Part shown: in pieces, positions 41,205 to 54,060 of the stretch
Position numbering within the stretch: position 1 is the first letter of the stretch
Layout of the letters: the number at the start of each line of letters is the position of its first letter
Assembly (NCBI RefSeq): GCF_050320075.1
Contig: NZ_CP190018.1
DNA length: 64,000 nt
DNA from: Escherichia coli
GTDB lineage: Bacteria; Pseudomonadota; Gammaproteobacteria; Enterobacterales; Enterobacteriaceae
Direction: 5' to 3' (one strand)
The notes under the pieces: generated by a model
The model's input: the letters and a program-made list of their open reading frames with translations, nothing else
Told to the model about the DNA's origin: nothing
The model's database searches: none
Program-made: the position numbers and the translations under genes

Positions 41205-41331
41205 TACCACTTTTACTCCGTTTTATTCACGGGACACTGCCTGGATATTATGGCGAGCAATATTGGCAGATGTCCAACTATGCCAGAAAAGGGGGAAAAA
41301 AACTGCTGGAGCTTGCGATTTACAGGTGAAT

Positions 41332-41358
41332 TGAAAAACGCCAGCGGCAGAGCTGGCG
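41332..41358 (-). terminator. Rho-independent terminator after purN
   Basis: CGCCAGC-GGCAGA-GCTGGCG followed on the minus strand by TTTTT. Confidence 0.6.
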
Positions 41359-41374
41359 CTTTAACTACGGGGCA

Positions 41375-42012
41375 TTACTCGTCGGCAGCGTAGCCCTGCG
41401 GCGGCAGACGTTGACCATCCAGCCACGCGGCGTTTTCGTGCATTTTCAGACGACCATCGGCAAACCAGCTAATCACCAGTGGATAAATAGCGTGTTCCTG
41501 GGTTTGCACGCGGGCGGTGATGTCATCCTCCGTATCACCAGCAAATACCGGGACTTTCGCCTGTAAAATAACCGGGCCACCGTCCAGTTCATCGGTGACG
41601 AAATGCACCGATGTACCGTGCTCTTCATCGCCATTTTCCAGCGCCTGACGATGGGTGTGTAATCCGGGATATTTCGGCAGCAGAGAAGGGTGAATGTTCA
41701 GCAAACGCCCGGCATAGTGGGAGACAATCGCCGGGCTGAGAATGCGCATAAAACCAGCCAGTACGACCACATCGGGTGCGTACATGTCGATTTCATGAAT
41801 CAACTCCCGGTCATAGGCTTCACGACTGTCAAACGCGCTGGCGATGAGCGTATGCGTTGCAATACCCGCCTGGCGGGCGCGTTCAAGGCCGAACGCGTCG
41901 GCCTTATTGCTGAAAACTGCCCGTACGGTGCCTTTAATTTTATTGGTTTTGCAGGCGTCAATAATTGCCTGCAAATTACTTCCGTTGCCGGAAATAAGCA
42001 CCACAATATTCA

Positions 42013-42013
<1 letters not shown>
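41375..42013 (-). CDS. purN: Phosphoribosylglycinamide formyltransferase
   Basis: 212 aa starting MNIVVLISGNGSNLQAII; overlaps purM stop. Confidence 0.9.
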
Positions 42014-43068
<1,055 letters not shown>

Positions 43069-43113
43069 TTACTTGCGGTAGAAAAATAAAATTCGGCGCA
43101 ATTCTAACAGGGA

Positions 43114-43129
43114 AAGCAAACGTTTGCGA
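43114..43129. promoter_or_regulatory. PurR operator (pur box) in the purM / upp divergent region
   Basis: AAGCAAACGTTTGCGA read directly; matches the PurR box palindrome. Confidence 0.7.
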
Positions 43130-43374
43130 GACTGCTTTACACAACCTTTTTGCACGTCTTTTCCCCAGGCGCGCGGCGAAAGAATACTTGTACCAGGGCA
43201 AAGGATCGTTTTCGGATGGAATAATCTTCTTCTATAACCATTTGAATATAAAATAACTTTATCTCAAACCGTTATCATTTTGACTAAAGTCAACGAAAAT
43301 AATATTGCCGCCTTGAAGAAAGGAGGTATAATCCGTCGATTTTTTTTGTGGCTGCCCCTCAAAGGAGAAAGAGT

Positions 43375-44001
43375 ATGAAGATCGTGGAAGTCAAACACCC
43401 ACTCGTCAAACACAAGCTGGGACTGATGCGTGAGCAAGATATCAGCACCAAGCGCTTTCGCGAACTCGCTTCCGAAGTGGGTAGCCTGCTGACTTACGAA
43501 GCGACCGCCGACCTCGAAACGGAAAAAGTAACTATCGAAGGCTGGAACGGCCCGGTAGAAATCGACCAGATCAAAGGTAAGAAAATTACCGTTGTGCCAA
43601 TTCTGCGTGCGGGTCTGGGGATGATGGACGGTGTGCTGGAAAACGTTCCGAGCGCGCGCATCAGCGTCGTCGGTATGTACCGTAATGAAGAAACGCTGGA
43701 GCCGGTACCGTACTTCCAGAAACTGGTTTCTAACATCGATGAGCGTATGGCGCTGATCGTTGACCCAATGCTGGCAACCGGTGGTTCCGTTATCGCGACC
43801 ATCGACCTGCTGAAAAAAGCGGGCTGCAGCAGCATCAAAGTTCTGGTGCTGGTAGCTGCGCCAGAAGGTATCGCAGCGCTGGAAAAAGCGCACCCGGACG
43901 TCGAACTGTATACTGCATCAATTGACCAGGGACTGAACGAGCACGGATACATTATTCCGGGCCTCGGCGATGCCGGTGACAAAATCTTTGGTACGAAATA
44001 A
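43375..44001 (+). CDS. upp: Uracil phosphoribosyltransferase
   Basis: 208 aa from [20 protein letters not shown]. Confidence 0.9.
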
Positions 44002-44018
44002 AGAATAAAAATAATTAA

Positions 44019-44047
44019 AGCCGACTTTAAGAGTCGGCTTTTTTTTG
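44019..44047 (+). terminator. Hairpin plus T8 between upp and uraA (terminator/attenuator)
   Basis: AGCCGACT-TTAAG-AGTCGGCT followed by TTTTTTTT. Confidence 0.6.
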
Positions 44048-44086
44048 AGTAAAGCGCCTATAACACATAATACAGAGGATAATACT

Positions 44087-45376
44087 ATGACGCGCCGTGC
44101 TATCGGGGTGAGTGAAAGACCGCCACTTTTACAGACAATCCCGCTTAGTTTGCAACATTTGTTCGCCATGTTTGGTGCAACCGTCCTGGTGCCCGTCTTA
44201 TTTCATATTAACCCGGCGACTGTACTGTTATTTAACGGTATAGGAACACTGCTGTATCTCTTCATCTGTAAAGGGAAAATTCCGGCTTATCTTGGTTCCA
44301 GCTTTGCCTTTATTTCACCGGTATTGTTACTGTTGCCGTTGGGGTATGAAGTCGCGCTGGGCGGCTTTATTATGTGCGGCGTGCTGTTCTGCCTGGTTTC
44401 TTTTATCGTGAAGAAAGCGGGGACCGGCTGGCTGGACGTGCTGTTTCCACCTGCGGCAATGGGCGCAATCGTTGCCGTCATCGGTCTGGAGCTGGCGGGC
44501 GTAGCTGCCGGTATGGCAGGTTTACTCCCGGCTGAAGGGCAAACTCCAGACTCCAAAACCATCATCATCTCCATTACCACCCTGGCGGTTACGGTTTTAG
44601 GTTCCGTGCTGTTTCGTGGTTTCCTGGCAATTATCCCGATTTTAATTGGCGTGCTGGTGGGCTACGCGCTCTCTTTCGCAATGGGAATTGTCGATACCAC
44701 GCCGATTATTAATGCTCACTGGTTTGCGCTGCCAACTCTCTATACGCCGCGCTTCGAGTGGTTTGCCATTCTGACTATTCTGCCAGCGGCGTTAGTGGTT
44801 ATTGCCGAACACGTAGGGCACCTGGTGGTAACGGCTAATATCGTCAAAAAAGATCTGCTGCGCGATCCAGGTCTGCACCGTTCGATGTTTGCTAACGGCT
44901 TGTCGACCGTGATCTCCGGCTTCTTTGGCTCCACGCCAAATACCACCTACGGGGAAAACATTGGCGTGATGGCGATCACCCGTGTTTACAGTACCTGGGT
45001 TATCGGCGGGGCGGCGATTTTCGCTATCCTGCTTTCCTGCGTCGGTAAACTGGCTGCTGCTATCCAGATGATCCCATTGCCGGTGATGGGCGGCGTTTCG
45101 CTGCTGCTTTATGGTGTCATCGGTGCTTCCGGTATTCGTGTTTTGATCGAATCGAAAGTGGATTACAACAAAGCACAGAACCTGATCCTGACTTCCGTGA
45201 TTTTGATCATCGGTGTCAGTGGCGCGAAGGTAAACATCGGCGCGGCGGAGCTGAAAGGTATGGCGCTGGCGACCATCGTCGGTATCGGCTTAAGTTTGAT
45301 CTTCAAACTGATTAGTGTGCTGCGCCCTGAAGAAGTGGTGCTGGACGCAGAAGACGCGGATATAACAGACAAATAA
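44087..45376 (+). CDS. uraA: Uracil permease
   Basis: 429 aa from [28 protein letters not shown]; multi-TM. Confidence 0.9.
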   Translation: MTRRAIGVSERPPLLQTIPLSLQHLFAMFGATVLVPVLFHINPATVLLFNGIGTLLYLFICKGKIPAYLGSSFAFISPVLLLLPLGYEVALGGFIMCGVLFCLVSFIVKKAGTGWLDVLFPPAAMGAIVAVIGLELAGVAAGMAGLLPAEGQTPDSKTIIISITTLAVTVLGSVLFRGFLAIIPILIGVLVGYALSFAMGIVDTTPIINAHWFALPTLYTPRFEWFAILTILPAALVVIAEHVGHLVVTANIVKKDLLRDPGLHRSMFANGLSTVISGFFGSTPNTTYGENIGVMAITRVYSTWVIGGAAIFAILLSCVGKLAAAIQMIPLPVMGGVSLLLYGVIGASGIRVLIESKVDYNKAQNLILTSVILIIGVSGAKVNIGAAELKGMALATIVGIGLSLIFKLISVLRPEEVVLDAEDADITDK

Positions 45377-45470
45377 TGTACCGACCGGGCAGTGTTGCTG
45401 CCCGGTTCAAACATCATGGGATTCTGTGGTAAACTTCTCGCGATTTTGTGAAATCCTGGTTGAGGTATCT

Positions 45471-46172
45471 CTGAACACACCGGCACAGCTCTCTTTGCCA
45501 CTTTATCTTCCTGACGACGAAACCTTTGCAAGTTTCTGGCCGGGGGATAACTCCTCTTTACTGGCCGCGCTGCAAAACGTGCTGCGTCAGGAACATAGCG
45601 GTTACATCTATCTCTGGGCACGCGAAGGCGCGGGGCGCAGCCATCTGCTGCACGCGGCTTGCGCGGAATTGTCGCAGCGTGGCGATGCGGTGGGCTATGT
45701 CCCGCTGGATAAACGCACCTGGTTTGTTCCGGAAGTGCTCGACGGTATGGAGCATTTGTCGCTGGTCTGTATCGACAACATTGAGTGTATTGCAGGCGAT
45801 GAGTTGTGGGAGATGGCGATTTTCGATCTCTACAATCGAATTCTGGAATCGGGCAAAACACGGTTGTTAATCACCGGCGATCGTCCACCGCGGCAGTTGA
45901 ATCTGGGATTACCGGATCTCGCGTCGCGTCTCGACTGGGGGCAGATCTACAAATTGCAGCCACTTTCTGATGAAGATAAGTTGCAGGCGCTACAGTTACG
46001 CGCGCGTTTGCGTGGTTTTGAACTGCCGGAAGATGTGGGGCGTTTCTTGTTGAAGCGGCTCGACAGAGAGATGCGCACGTTATTTATGACGTTGGATCAG
46101 TTGGATCGTGCGTCGATTACCGCGCAACGTAAGCTGACCATTCCGTTTGTGAAAGAAATTCTGAAACTGTAG
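45471..46172 (+). CDS. hda: DnaA-inactivating protein Hda (CTG start at 45471 assumed; track ORF begins 45426)
   Basis: AAA+ DnaA-like sequence; conserved uraA-hda context; start per K-12 reannotation, from memory. Confidence 0.75.
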
Positions 46173-46184
46173 ACAAGACGTTTA

Positions 46185-46248
46185 TTGTCGGATGCGCACC
46201 CATAGTATTCGTCGGCCGGATAAGACGCGGCAAGCGTCGCATCCGGCA
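46185..46248. repeat. REP (repetitive extragenic palindromic) element(s)
   Basis: GTCGGATGCGCACCC...GCCGGATAAGACGCGGCAAGCGTCGCATCCGGC, the typical E. coli REP consensus. Confidence 0.65.
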
Positions 46249-46277
46249 ATGTGCTTCAACTAGCGATGGAGCACTTC

Positions 46278-46637
46278 TTAACCCACGATTTCCAGCACCT
46301 GCTCCGGTGGACGACCAATTCGCGCTTTGCCATTCGCGACCACAATCGGGCGCTCCATTAGCTTCGGATTATCCACCATTGCCTGAATCAGCGCCTCTTC
46401 GCTAAGCGAACTGTCAGCCAGGTTCAGTTCTTTATAAAGATCCTCTTTCTGGCGCATCAATTCACGAGCGCTATTCATCCCCAGCATTTTCAGCAAATCA
46501 CGCAGCGTTGCCGCATCGGCGGGTGTCTCAAGGTAGAGCACCACTTCTGGCTCCACGCCGTTTTCTTTCAGCAGGTTCAGCGTTTCCCGGCTCTTTGAAC
46601 AGCGTGGGTTATGGTAGATTTTTACCTGTTTGGTCAT
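46278..46637 (-). CDS. yfgD: ArsC-family reductase YfgD
   Basis: 119 aa; N-terminal MTKQVKIYHNPRCSKSRETL with CxxS motif. Confidence 0.8.
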   Translation of the reverse strand: MTKQVKIYHNPRCSKSRETLNLLKENGVEPEVVLYLETPADAATLRDLLKMLGMNSARELMRQKEDLYKELNLADSSLSEEALIQAMVDNPKLMERPIVVANGKARIGRPPEQVLEIVG

Positions 46638-46657
46638 TGTTCTTCCTTTAATGCGAA

Positions 46658-48121
46658 TTACATCTTGGTATAAGGCTTAAAGCGTTCCTGCAGCTGGCGC
46701 AACTGGTCGATGCGCGCATCGTAACGTGCTTGTTGCAGGCTGCCTAATTTCACCTGCGAACTGGCGCTACTCAACAAGGAAATAGCCTGATCGAGTCGCC
46801 CGGCGAGCGCATAACCTTCTGCTCGCGCAGCCAGTTCCTGATCGCGGTTATTTAGCGCGGCTTCCGCCTGTGCCAGCAAATCCCAGCCGTTGCTGTCATC
46901 TTTATTATTAAAGGTGTAGCGATTCAGAATATTGGCCGCTTCTTGTGGTTGACCGCCTTGCAGATAAGCGTTCGCCAGGTTGAGCTGCAACACCGGATTG
47001 GTGCGTAAATCACGGGCATTTTTCAGACGATTGATAGCGTCATTGGCTTTGTTTTGCCCAAGATCGATATCAGTAGCCAGATCGAGATACCATGCGTTGC
47101 CAGGTTCTGCCGCCAGTAACGGTTGCAGCGTTTTACGCGCCTCGTCGTATTTATTGGCTTCCATCGCCTGTAAAGCACGACCATATTGTGCTGCTCGTTG
47201 CTGACGAACGTTTCCTTTCGCCCATTCATCCAGCAAATCACTGGTGAGCTGGTTACGTCCGGAATTATACATCCCCAGTGTGCGCGCTTTCGCCAGATAG
47301 AAATCTTCCGACGACTGCACCACCATCGGACGCATCTGATTAGCACGGTTGCGGGCATCTGCCAGACGACTTTCCGGCAACGGGTGAGTCAATAAAATTT
47401 CCGGCGGACGCGAGGAGTAACGCGCCTGATCGAGCAATTTTTCGAGGAAGGTCGGCATCGCCTGCGGATCGAATCCCGAGCGTTGCAGCACCTGAATACC
47501 AATGCGGTCCGCTTCCTGTTCATTTTGCTGGGTGAAACTGATCATCCCCTGGCGCGTTCCCGCCAGTGTACCGGTCAGCGCAGCCATCCCCGCCTGCGGA
47601 CTGGCCATCGCCAGTAAAATAGAACCTAATGCGCCGACCCAGGTCAGCGGCGCGCTGCGCTGCTGATCTTCCATCGCTCGCGCCAGGTGACGTTGGGTGA
47701 CGTGGGAGATTTCGTGCGCCATAACTGAAGCCAGTTGACTTTCGTTATCGGAATAACGGAACAGGGCAGAGTGCAGCACCACGTTGCCGCCAAAGAAAGC
47801 AAAGGCGTTAATTTCGTCGTTGTTGATCAGAAAGAAATGAAACGGTGTCTTAACCGAATTGGCATGCGAAACCAGACGCATACCCAGCGAATTAATATAT
47901 TGCGTTAACAGCGGGTCATTAATTAACGGCGCGCTGCCGCGTAGCTGGCGGACATAATAGTCGCCCATCTGCATTTCCTGGCCAATGGAAAGCGTGCTTC
48001 CTGCGGAGGTTCCCATATCCGGCAAGGTGTCTGCGCTGTCGGCAAACGCCGGGGCTACCTGACCAATGGTCATAGCAGCAATGAGGGTTGCAACCAGGTT
48101 TTTTTTCAACTGCCTGAACAT
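46658..48121 (-). CDS. bepA: Periplasmic beta-barrel assembly-enhancing protease BepA (YfgC), M48 peptidase with TPR repeats
   Basis: 487 aa; signal peptide; HEISH zinc motif; TPR-like C-terminus. Confidence 0.85.
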   Translation of the reverse strand: MFRQLKKNLVATLIAAMTIGQVAPAFADSADTLPDMGTSAGSTLSIGQEMQMGDYYVRQLRGSAPLINDPLLTQYINSLGMRLVSHANSVKTPFHFFLINNDEINAFAFFGGNVVLHSALFRYSDNESQLASVMAHEISHVTQRHLARAMEDQQRSAPLTWVGALGSILLAMASPQAGMAALTGTLAGTRQGMISFTQQNEQEADRIGIQVLQRSGFDPQAMPTFLEKLLDQARYSSRPPEILLTHPLPESRLADARNRANQMRPMVVQSSEDFYLAKARTLGMYNSGRNQLTSDLLDEWAKGNVRQQRAAQYGRALQAMEANKYDEARKTLQPLLAAEPGNAWYLDLATDIDLGQNKANDAINRLKNARDLRTNPVLQLNLANAYLQGGQPQEAANILNRYTFNNKDDSNGWDLLAQAEAALNNRDQELAARAEGYALAGRLDQAISLLSSASSQVKLGSLQQARYDARIDQLRQLQERFKPYTKM

Positions 48122-48333
48122 AACCTCTATCCTGTATTTCTGAAGATAGTCATTTGACCGATACTGTGAAATATCGTTCCCACCGCGCCGCCTTTGAGTG
48201 TAACGGCGAAGATTAGCCCACTCAAATGACTTTTCAGTTTCCTGAATCCGTCATAAAAAGCGAAGTCTTTTTTGTGACATTTCGATACAATTGCGGATCG
48301 CAATCCCGCTCTTGAGGTTCAGGGAAGGTCTTT

Positions 48334-49395
48334 ATGCTCGAAATGTTGATGCAATGGTATCGCCGCCGTTTTAGCGACCCGGAAGCGATTGCCTTGCTGG
48401 TTATTTTAGTTGCCGGATTTGGCATTATCTTTTTCTTTAGTGGCCTGCTTGCTCCGTTGCTGGTGGCTATTGTGCTGGCCTATTTGCTGGAATGGCCAAC
48501 CGTGCGCCTGCAATCTATTGGCTGCTCCCGCCGCTGGGCGACGTCGATTGTATTGGTGGTTTTCGTCGGTATATTGCTACTGATGGCGTTCGTGGTATTG
48601 CCTATCGCCTGGCAGCAGGGCATCTACTTAATTCGCGATATGCCGGGGATGCTCAATAAGCTTTCTGACTTTGCCGCCACGTTGCCGCGCCGCTATCCGG
48701 CGTTGATGGATGCGGGCATTATTGATGCAATGGCCGAAAATATGCGCAGTCGGATGCTGACCATGGGCGATTCGGTGGTGAAAATTTCCCTCGCCTCGCT
48801 GGTCGGTTTGCTGACCATTGCCGTCTATCTGGTGCTGGTACCATTGATGGTCTTCTTCCTGCTAAAAGACAAAGAGCAGATGCTGAACGCCGTTCGCCGG
48901 GTGCTGCCACGTAACCGTGGACTGGCAGGACAGGTGTGGAAGGAGATGAATCAACAAATCACCAACTATATCCGCGGCAAAGTGCTGGAGATGATCGTGG
49001 TGGGGATCGCCACCTGGCTGGGATTCTTACTCTTCGGGCTGAACTATTCGCTGCTGCTGGCGGTGCTGGTCGGCTTCTCGGTACTTATTCCGTACATTGG
49101 CGCATTTGTGGTGACCATTCCGGTGGTTGGCGTGGCGCTATTCCAGTTTGGTGCTGGCACGGAATTCTGGAGCTGCTTCGCGGTGTATCTGATCATTCAG
49201 GCGCTGGACGGCAACCTGTTAGTACCTGTGTTGTTCTCCGAAGCGGTTAACCTGCATCCGCTGGTCATTATTTTATCGGTGGTGATCTTCGGTGGTTTGT
49301 GGGGATTCTGGGGCGTATTCTTCGCCATTCCGTTGGCGACGCTGATCAAAGCCGTGATTCATGCCTGGCCCGATGGGCAAATCGCGCAAGAATAA
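48334..49395 (+). CDS. perM: Inner-membrane protein PerM (YfgO), AI-2E-family-like
   Basis: 353 aa multi-TM protein; conserved context. Confidence 0.8.
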   Translation: MLEMLMQWYRRRFSDPEAIALLVILVAGFGIIFFFSGLLAPLLVAIVLAYLLEWPTVRLQSIGCSRRWATSIVLVVFVGILLLMAFVVLPIAWQQGIYLIRDMPGMLNKLSDFAATLPRRYPALMDAGIIDAMAENMRSRMLTMGDSVVKISLASLVGLLTIAVYLVLVPLMVFFLLKDKEQMLNAVRRVLPRNRGLAGQVWKEMNQQITNYIRGKVLEMIVVGIATWLGFLLFGLNYSLLLAVLVGFSVLIPYIGAFVVTIPVVGVALFQFGAGTEFWSCFAVYLIIQALDGNLLVPVLFSEAVNLHPLVIILSVVIFGGLWGFWGVFFAIPLATLIKAVIHAWPDGQIAQE

Positions 49396-49399
49396 TCTT

Positions 49400-49434
49400 C
49401 AGCCCGACGAACTGTTTCGCCGGGCTGATTTTTT
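49400..49434 (+). terminator. Rho-independent terminator after perM
   Basis: CAGCCCG...CGGGCTG hairpin followed by ATTTTTT. Confidence 0.6.
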
Positions 49435-50281
49435 AGGGTTCCTGACGTAAATAAATAGCCCGATAACAAATACTCACCAGCACTGCACCGCCGATAATAT
49501 TACCCAGCATCACCGGGAGCAGATTGGCGGTAATAAAATGGCTGACCGTCAGTGCCGGAAAATTGTCTGCGCTACTGTGCGCCAGTTGCCAGAAGGGGGG
49601 AGGGGCGAAATGGCGAATGGCAATGGCGAACGGAATCACAAACAAATTGGCGATACAGTGCTCAAAGCCACTTGCGACAAACAGGGTGATGGGCAAAATC
49701 ATGGCGACGATTTTGTCGCATAATGAACGTCCGCAATAACTCATCCACAGCGCCAGGCAAACCATCACATTGCACATAATGCCGAGGCTGACTGATTCAG
49801 TAAATGTATGATGCATTTTGCCCTCGGCGCAGTGTAAAACCGCGACTCCCCACATCGCGTTTTCACTCATCACCAGCCCGGAAAACCAGATTAACAAACT
49901 GAAACAGGCAATACCTGCCAGATTACCGCAGGCCACCAGAAGTGCATTAATCAGCCATGTTCGCCAGCTAATAACGCCCCGACTTTTTGCCATCACCGTC
50001 ATTACCGACGAGGTGAACAGGCTGGTGCCGCAAACCGCTAGCAAAATAAAGCCGAGTGTAAAGCAAAGGCCGCCCACCAGATGGGTTAATGCCTGTGAAG
50101 ACGGGGCATCGGCGATAACGGAAAGGTAAAAAGTAAATCCAATCGCCATAAACACGCCAGCGGACATCGCCATTAAAAAGACCGATACTTTGCTGCGGGC
50201 AATTTTATGGGCAGCAATCCGTTCAGCGATTGCCGCTTTTCTGGCGCTCAACTGCAAGTCGAAAGAGAGTTTGTTTCTCAT
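49433..50281 (-). CDS. focB: Formate channel FocB
   Basis: 282 aa, formate/nitrite transporter-like membrane protein next to hyfR. Confidence 0.85.
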   Translation of the reverse strand: MRNKLSFDLQLSARKAAIAERIAAHKIARSKVSVFLMAMSAGVFMAIGFTFYLSVIADAPSSQALTHLVGGLCFTLGFILLAVCGTSLFTSSVMTVMAKSRGVISWRTWLINALLVACGNLAGIACFSLLIWFSGLVMSENAMWGVAVLHCAEGKMHHTFTESVSLGIMCNVMVCLALWMSYCGRSLCDKIVAMILPITLFVASGFEHCIANLFVIPFAIAIRHFAPPPFWQLAHSSADNFPALTVSHFITANLLPVMLGNIIGGAVLVSICYRAIYLRQEP

Positions 50282-50302
50282 GCATACTCCTGCAAAAACA
50301 GA

Positions 50303-52318
50303 TTACAACACCTCGCGAACCGAGATCCCCAGCCGCTGCATTCGTGACAGCAGCGTGGTGCGCTTCATCCCTAATCGCGTCGCCGCGCCACGGGGCCCGG
50401 CAACAATGCCATTGGTTTCTCGCAATACCTGAACAATGCGCTGACGTTCTTCTTCGTCATTCTCTGGCGTCGTCGGGTGCAGCAACTGTGCCATTGAACT
50501 GCGAAGCGCTGAATCTTCATTTAGCGTCGGCAGTAAACGGCTTTGTCGGACATTAAGATGTAAATTCAGACTGTTACCGCGAGTCAGTAGTACCGCTCGC
50601 TCAATCACGTTTTCCAGCTCGCGCACGTTGCCCGGCCAATCCCACGACATCAACTGGCGTAGTGCCTCGGTCGGGATGGCGTCAATTGCGCGATTCATAT
50701 GGCGCGCCATTTTTTGCGTGAAATGTTTTGCTAAAAGAGGGATATCTTCCGGACGGTCGCGCAGCGGCGGCAATTCCAGTGGGAAGACATTCAGGCGATA
50801 AAAGAGATCGCTGCGAAACTGGCGATCTTCAACCATTTGCCACAAATCACGGTTGGTGGCGGCAATGACTCTGACATTCACCGGGATCGTTCTACTCCCG
50901 CCGAGACGCTCAATCTCCCGTTCCTGCAATACGCGCAGCAGTTTAGGCTGAAGTTCTAACGGCAGATCGCCAATTTCATCGAGAAACAACGTGCCGCCAT
51001 CGGCAATTTCAAAACGACCACGATGGGTATTAATCGCACCAGTAAATGCCCCTTTGTCATGACCGAATAACTCACTTTCCAGAAGACTGGCGGGGATGGC
51101 AGCGCAGTTGATTTTGACCAGTGGCTTGTCGCGTCGTGGGCTAAGTTGATGGATCGCTCTGGCGATCACCTCTTTGCCGGTTCCGGTTTCACCACAAATC
51201 AACACCGTACTGACGCTCTTCGCCACAATATCTACCTGCTGGAGCAAATCTTCCATTGCCTGGCTTTGATAGATAATGTCACCGACGCCCAGATTCGAAA
51301 GGAGCTGCTCGCTAAGCTGGTGGTTTTCTTGCTGCAAGCTTTCCTGCAAATCGGTCATGCTGCGCCAGGCATCGGCATTGCCAACGGCAATAGCGATGCG
51401 ATCGGCAATATGTTGTAGTAGCTGGCAGTTTTCCTCACTAAAGAGAGTGGAAGAGGTATGCGCCAGCAACAATGCGCCCGGTGTATGGTTGCCAAAGGTG
51501 AGCGGTATCAGGAGCGCAGATTCGCAGCCGTTAGATGCAAGTAAGTGTAATAACGGGTCGCGTTGCCAGAGAAACAGATCGTCTGCACGGTGCGTCAAGG
51601 TCGGTTGTCGGGTTTGTAGCGTTTGTGTCAGCAATACACTTTCGCCAGGCATACAGCGTGGCAGACACGCACAATGTGAGGCAGAAAGATCGCTGCACCA
51701 CAGGCTGAACTTCTCGTTCTTTCGATGATCGCCCAGTACCATACTGACTGAAGCCAGACCGAAAAAATGATGGATCTCACGAGCGACGTCAGCGATCAGA
51801 TCGTCGAGATCAAGATGTGACAACACTGCATTAGTGATATCCACCAGTACCCGATGATGATCGCGATCTTTCTCCAGCAAACGCAGCGCCACCTGCTGTT
51901 CTTCATCATTGAGCCATGATTGCAGAACCGGAGTGATTATGTGTGCCAGCCAGTTAAACAGTGTGCAATCCTGGGGAGTAAAACGGCTGCCGTGAGTGCG
52001 AATAAAGCGTAGCTCCGCCATTCCACTACTGCCGAGAAGGACGGCGTGACGCGAATAATCGACCATCTCACCCTGATACTCTGTTGTTGCCGTCACATCG
52101 CTGCCATCATCATGGTAGCGGTAATAGAAGTTGCTTTTGAGAACATGCAGTTCAATAAGTTGTACCGGGCTGAACGGCGGCGGCAGCGGGATGAAGGCGC
52201 GTAATAAAGACGCCTTGCCGTGTTTCTGCGCTAACCGCTCCGCGAGCATTCCGTTTACCGCTTCAATTGTTATTCCTTGCGGCGGGGCAAACATCGCCTC
52301 GTCTGACATAGCCATCAA
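50303..52318 (-). CDS. hyfR: Sigma54-dependent transcriptional activator HyfR
   Basis: 671 aa; AAA+ sigma54-interaction region with GETGTGKE and GAFTGA; C-terminal HTH. Confidence 0.85.
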   Translation of the reverse strand: MMAMSDEAMFAPPQGITIEAVNGMLAERLAQKHGKASLLRAFIPLPPPFSPVQLIELHVLKSNFYYRYHDDGSDVTATTEYQGEMVDYSRHAVLLGSSGMAELRFIRTHGSRFTPQDCTLFNWLAHIITPVLQSWLNDEEQQVALRLLEKDRDHHRVLVDITNAVLSHLDLDDLIADVAREIHHFFGLASVSMVLGDHRKNEKFSLWCSDLSASHCACLPRCMPGESVLLTQTLQTRQPTLTHRADDLFLWQRDPLLHLLASNGCESALLIPLTFGNHTPGALLLAHTSSTLFSEENCQLLQHIADRIAIAVGNADAWRSMTDLQESLQQENHQLSEQLLSNLGVGDIIYQSQAMEDLLQQVDIVAKSVSTVLICGETGTGKEVIARAIHQLSPRRDKPLVKINCAAIPASLLESELFGHDKGAFTGAINTHRGRFEIADGGTLFLDEIGDLPLELQPKLLRVLQEREIERLGGSRTIPVNVRVIAATNRDLWQMVEDRQFRSDLFYRLNVFPLELPPLRDRPEDIPLLAKHFTQKMARHMNRAIDAIPTEALRQLMSWDWPGNVRELENVIERAVLLTRGNSLNLHLNVRQSRLLPTLNEDSALRSSMAQLLHPTTPENDEEERQRIVQVLRETNGIVAGPRGAATRLGMKRTTLLSRMQRLGISVREVL

Positions 52319-52344
52319 CAGTCCTTATTAATGAGAAATCCTTC

Positions 52345-52758
52345 TCACGCAATTTTTCTGGCCATCAGATAGATGGCCGGTTCCTGCACAATTTCATCCA
52401 ACAGATGAATGAATTGAATGCTACGCGCCTGCCACGCCGACGTCGCGTCATCTGCCAGTGGCGCGAATGCCCGGGTCAACAGGGCGGTGTGGCTGGCGTC
52501 AATAACAATCTCACCAAAAGTCATCACCCCCAGCATCTTACGTCGGGCTTGCTCCTCTTCGACCAGTGCAAGCCAATCTTCGTATTCCGTCAGTGGGCAG
52601 CGGAAGGCGACATTCAGACAATCAATCACGCCAACGTGATGGCCGATAGCCAACGAGTAATACATTACCTGGGAGCTGTGTTCCGGCATCTCGTCGCTAC
52701 TGGCGATAAATTTTTTTCGCAGCATCCAGAAAACAATTTCCCTGCACTCCTCAGCCAT
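52345..52758 (-). CDS. hyfJ: Hydrogenase-4 component HyfJ
   Basis: 137 aa; position at the operon end. Confidence 0.75.
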   Translation of the reverse strand: MAEECREIVFWMLRKKFIASSDEMPEHSSQVMYYSLAIGHHVGVIDCLNVAFRCPLTEYEDWLALVEEEQARRKMLGVMTFGEIVIDASHTALLTRAFAPLADDATSAWQARSIQFIHLLDEIVQEPAIYLMARKIA

Positions 52759-53509
52759 GTAACCCCCGGAGAACGCGAAAGAGTTGCTGAACGATACTAT
52801 TGAGACGCGGATCGTCGGCTTCGCGCAACCAGGTGTTAACCCGATTTCCTGTGGGATCGTCGCTTAAATGGCGCAGGAGTCGATCGCAAATTTCTCGCCC
52901 TTGACGATAGCCCGCCAGCCGCCTCGCTTCTCGCTCAATGGCGATACGCTGTGATGGCGGGATCTGCGGCCACAGCGGTTGCATGGTCACCCCGGTGGGA
53001 TCGCGATAATCCACCGCGTGAATCTTCTGTTGCAGCAAACCGAGCGCCACGGCGAAACCGTGAATGGTGGCGGCCGGTGTTGGCGGGCAGCCGGGGATCC
53101 AAACATCAATGGGGACAATGGTGTCGCTGCCGCCCCAGACGCTGTAGAGATCGTGGAAAATACCGCCGCCGACACCACACGCGCCGTAGGAAACACAGAT
53201 TTTATGATCGGGGGCAGACTCATATGCCCGAAGTGCAGGCATACGCATCGCCCGGGTGACTGCGCCAGTAAATAACAAAATATCGGCGTGACGCGGTGAT
53301 GAAACAACCTTAATGCCAAAACGTTCTGCGTCGAATACGGGTGTGATGGCGGCAAAAATTTCGATTTCGCAGGCGTTACAGCCGCCGCAATCGACGCGAT
53401 AAACGTAGGCCGAGCGACGGATATCCTGTAGCAAATGCTGCTTCATCTTTTGCGTTTGCTCGTCCAGCGTTATGGGCTGGCTGACATGTTGCGTAAGCAC
53501 TGGACTCAT
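52751..53509 (-). CDS. hyfI: Hydrogenase-4 small subunit HyfI
   Basis: 252 aa; Cys motifs typical of a NuoB-like small subunit. Confidence 0.85.
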   Translation of the reverse strand: MSPVLTQHVSQPITLDEQTQKMKQHLLQDIRRSAYVYRVDCGGCNACEIEIFAAITPVFDAERFGIKVVSSPRHADILLFTGAVTRAMRMPALRAYESAPDHKICVSYGACGVGGGIFHDLYSVWGGSDTIVPIDVWIPGCPPTPAATIHGFAVALGLLQQKIHAVDYRDPTGVTMQPLWPQIPPSQRIAIEREARRLAGYRQGREICDRLLRHLSDDPTGNRVNTWLREADDPRLNSIVQQLFRVLRGLHG

Positions 53510-54051
53510 AGCTGCTCCTTAGCCACCAGCGGTTCATCTGTGTCGTCGTTGATCAGCGTCGCGCGTTGTTTGCATTCCGGGCAGACGCTCGCTTGCGCCC
53601 GCAACATTTCGCGGTTTTGTGGTGCATTTTGTTGCTGTGCCAACAGTTCTGCAGCCAGTGCGACGGTTTTTTGCGGGGCAAACGGGCGTTCGCAACGGCT
53701 GCAACGTTGTAGATGGAACGTCGCGCGGGTATAGAGATCGGCTTTATTGGTGACGGTCAGTTCAAAGTTATTGGTAAGCTGAATGGCTCTGGTCGGGCAC
53801 ACTTCTTCACAACGTCCGCAGTAAATACAACGTCCCAGATAGAGCTGCCAGGTGCGCGTATTTTGCTGGTAGTCGGTCTGGATAGTCAGCGCATTTGCCG
53901 GACAAGCACAGGCGCAGGCACCGCAGGCAATACATTGGCTGGGCATCAGGTCCGGTTTCCCGCGAAAGCCTGGGCTGACCTCCAGTGGTGCGAAGGGATA
54001 TTTCACCGTCGCGGTTCCGGCGCGCATAATAGTTTTCAGTAACTTCAGCAT
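53506..54051 (-). CDS. hyfH: Hydrogenase-4 ferredoxin-like subunit HyfH
   Basis: 181 aa with two CxxCxxCxxxCP motifs. Confidence 0.8.
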   Translation of the reverse strand: MLKLLKTIMRAGTATVKYPFAPLEVSPGFRGKPDLMPSQCIACGACACACPANALTIQTDYQQNTRTWQLYLGRCIYCGRCEEVCPTRAIQLTNNFELTVTNKADLYTRATFHLQRCSRCERPFAPQKTVALAAELLAQQQNAPQNREMLRAQASVCPECKQRATLINDDTDEPLVAKEQL

Positions 54052-54060
54052 CTTCTGTCC

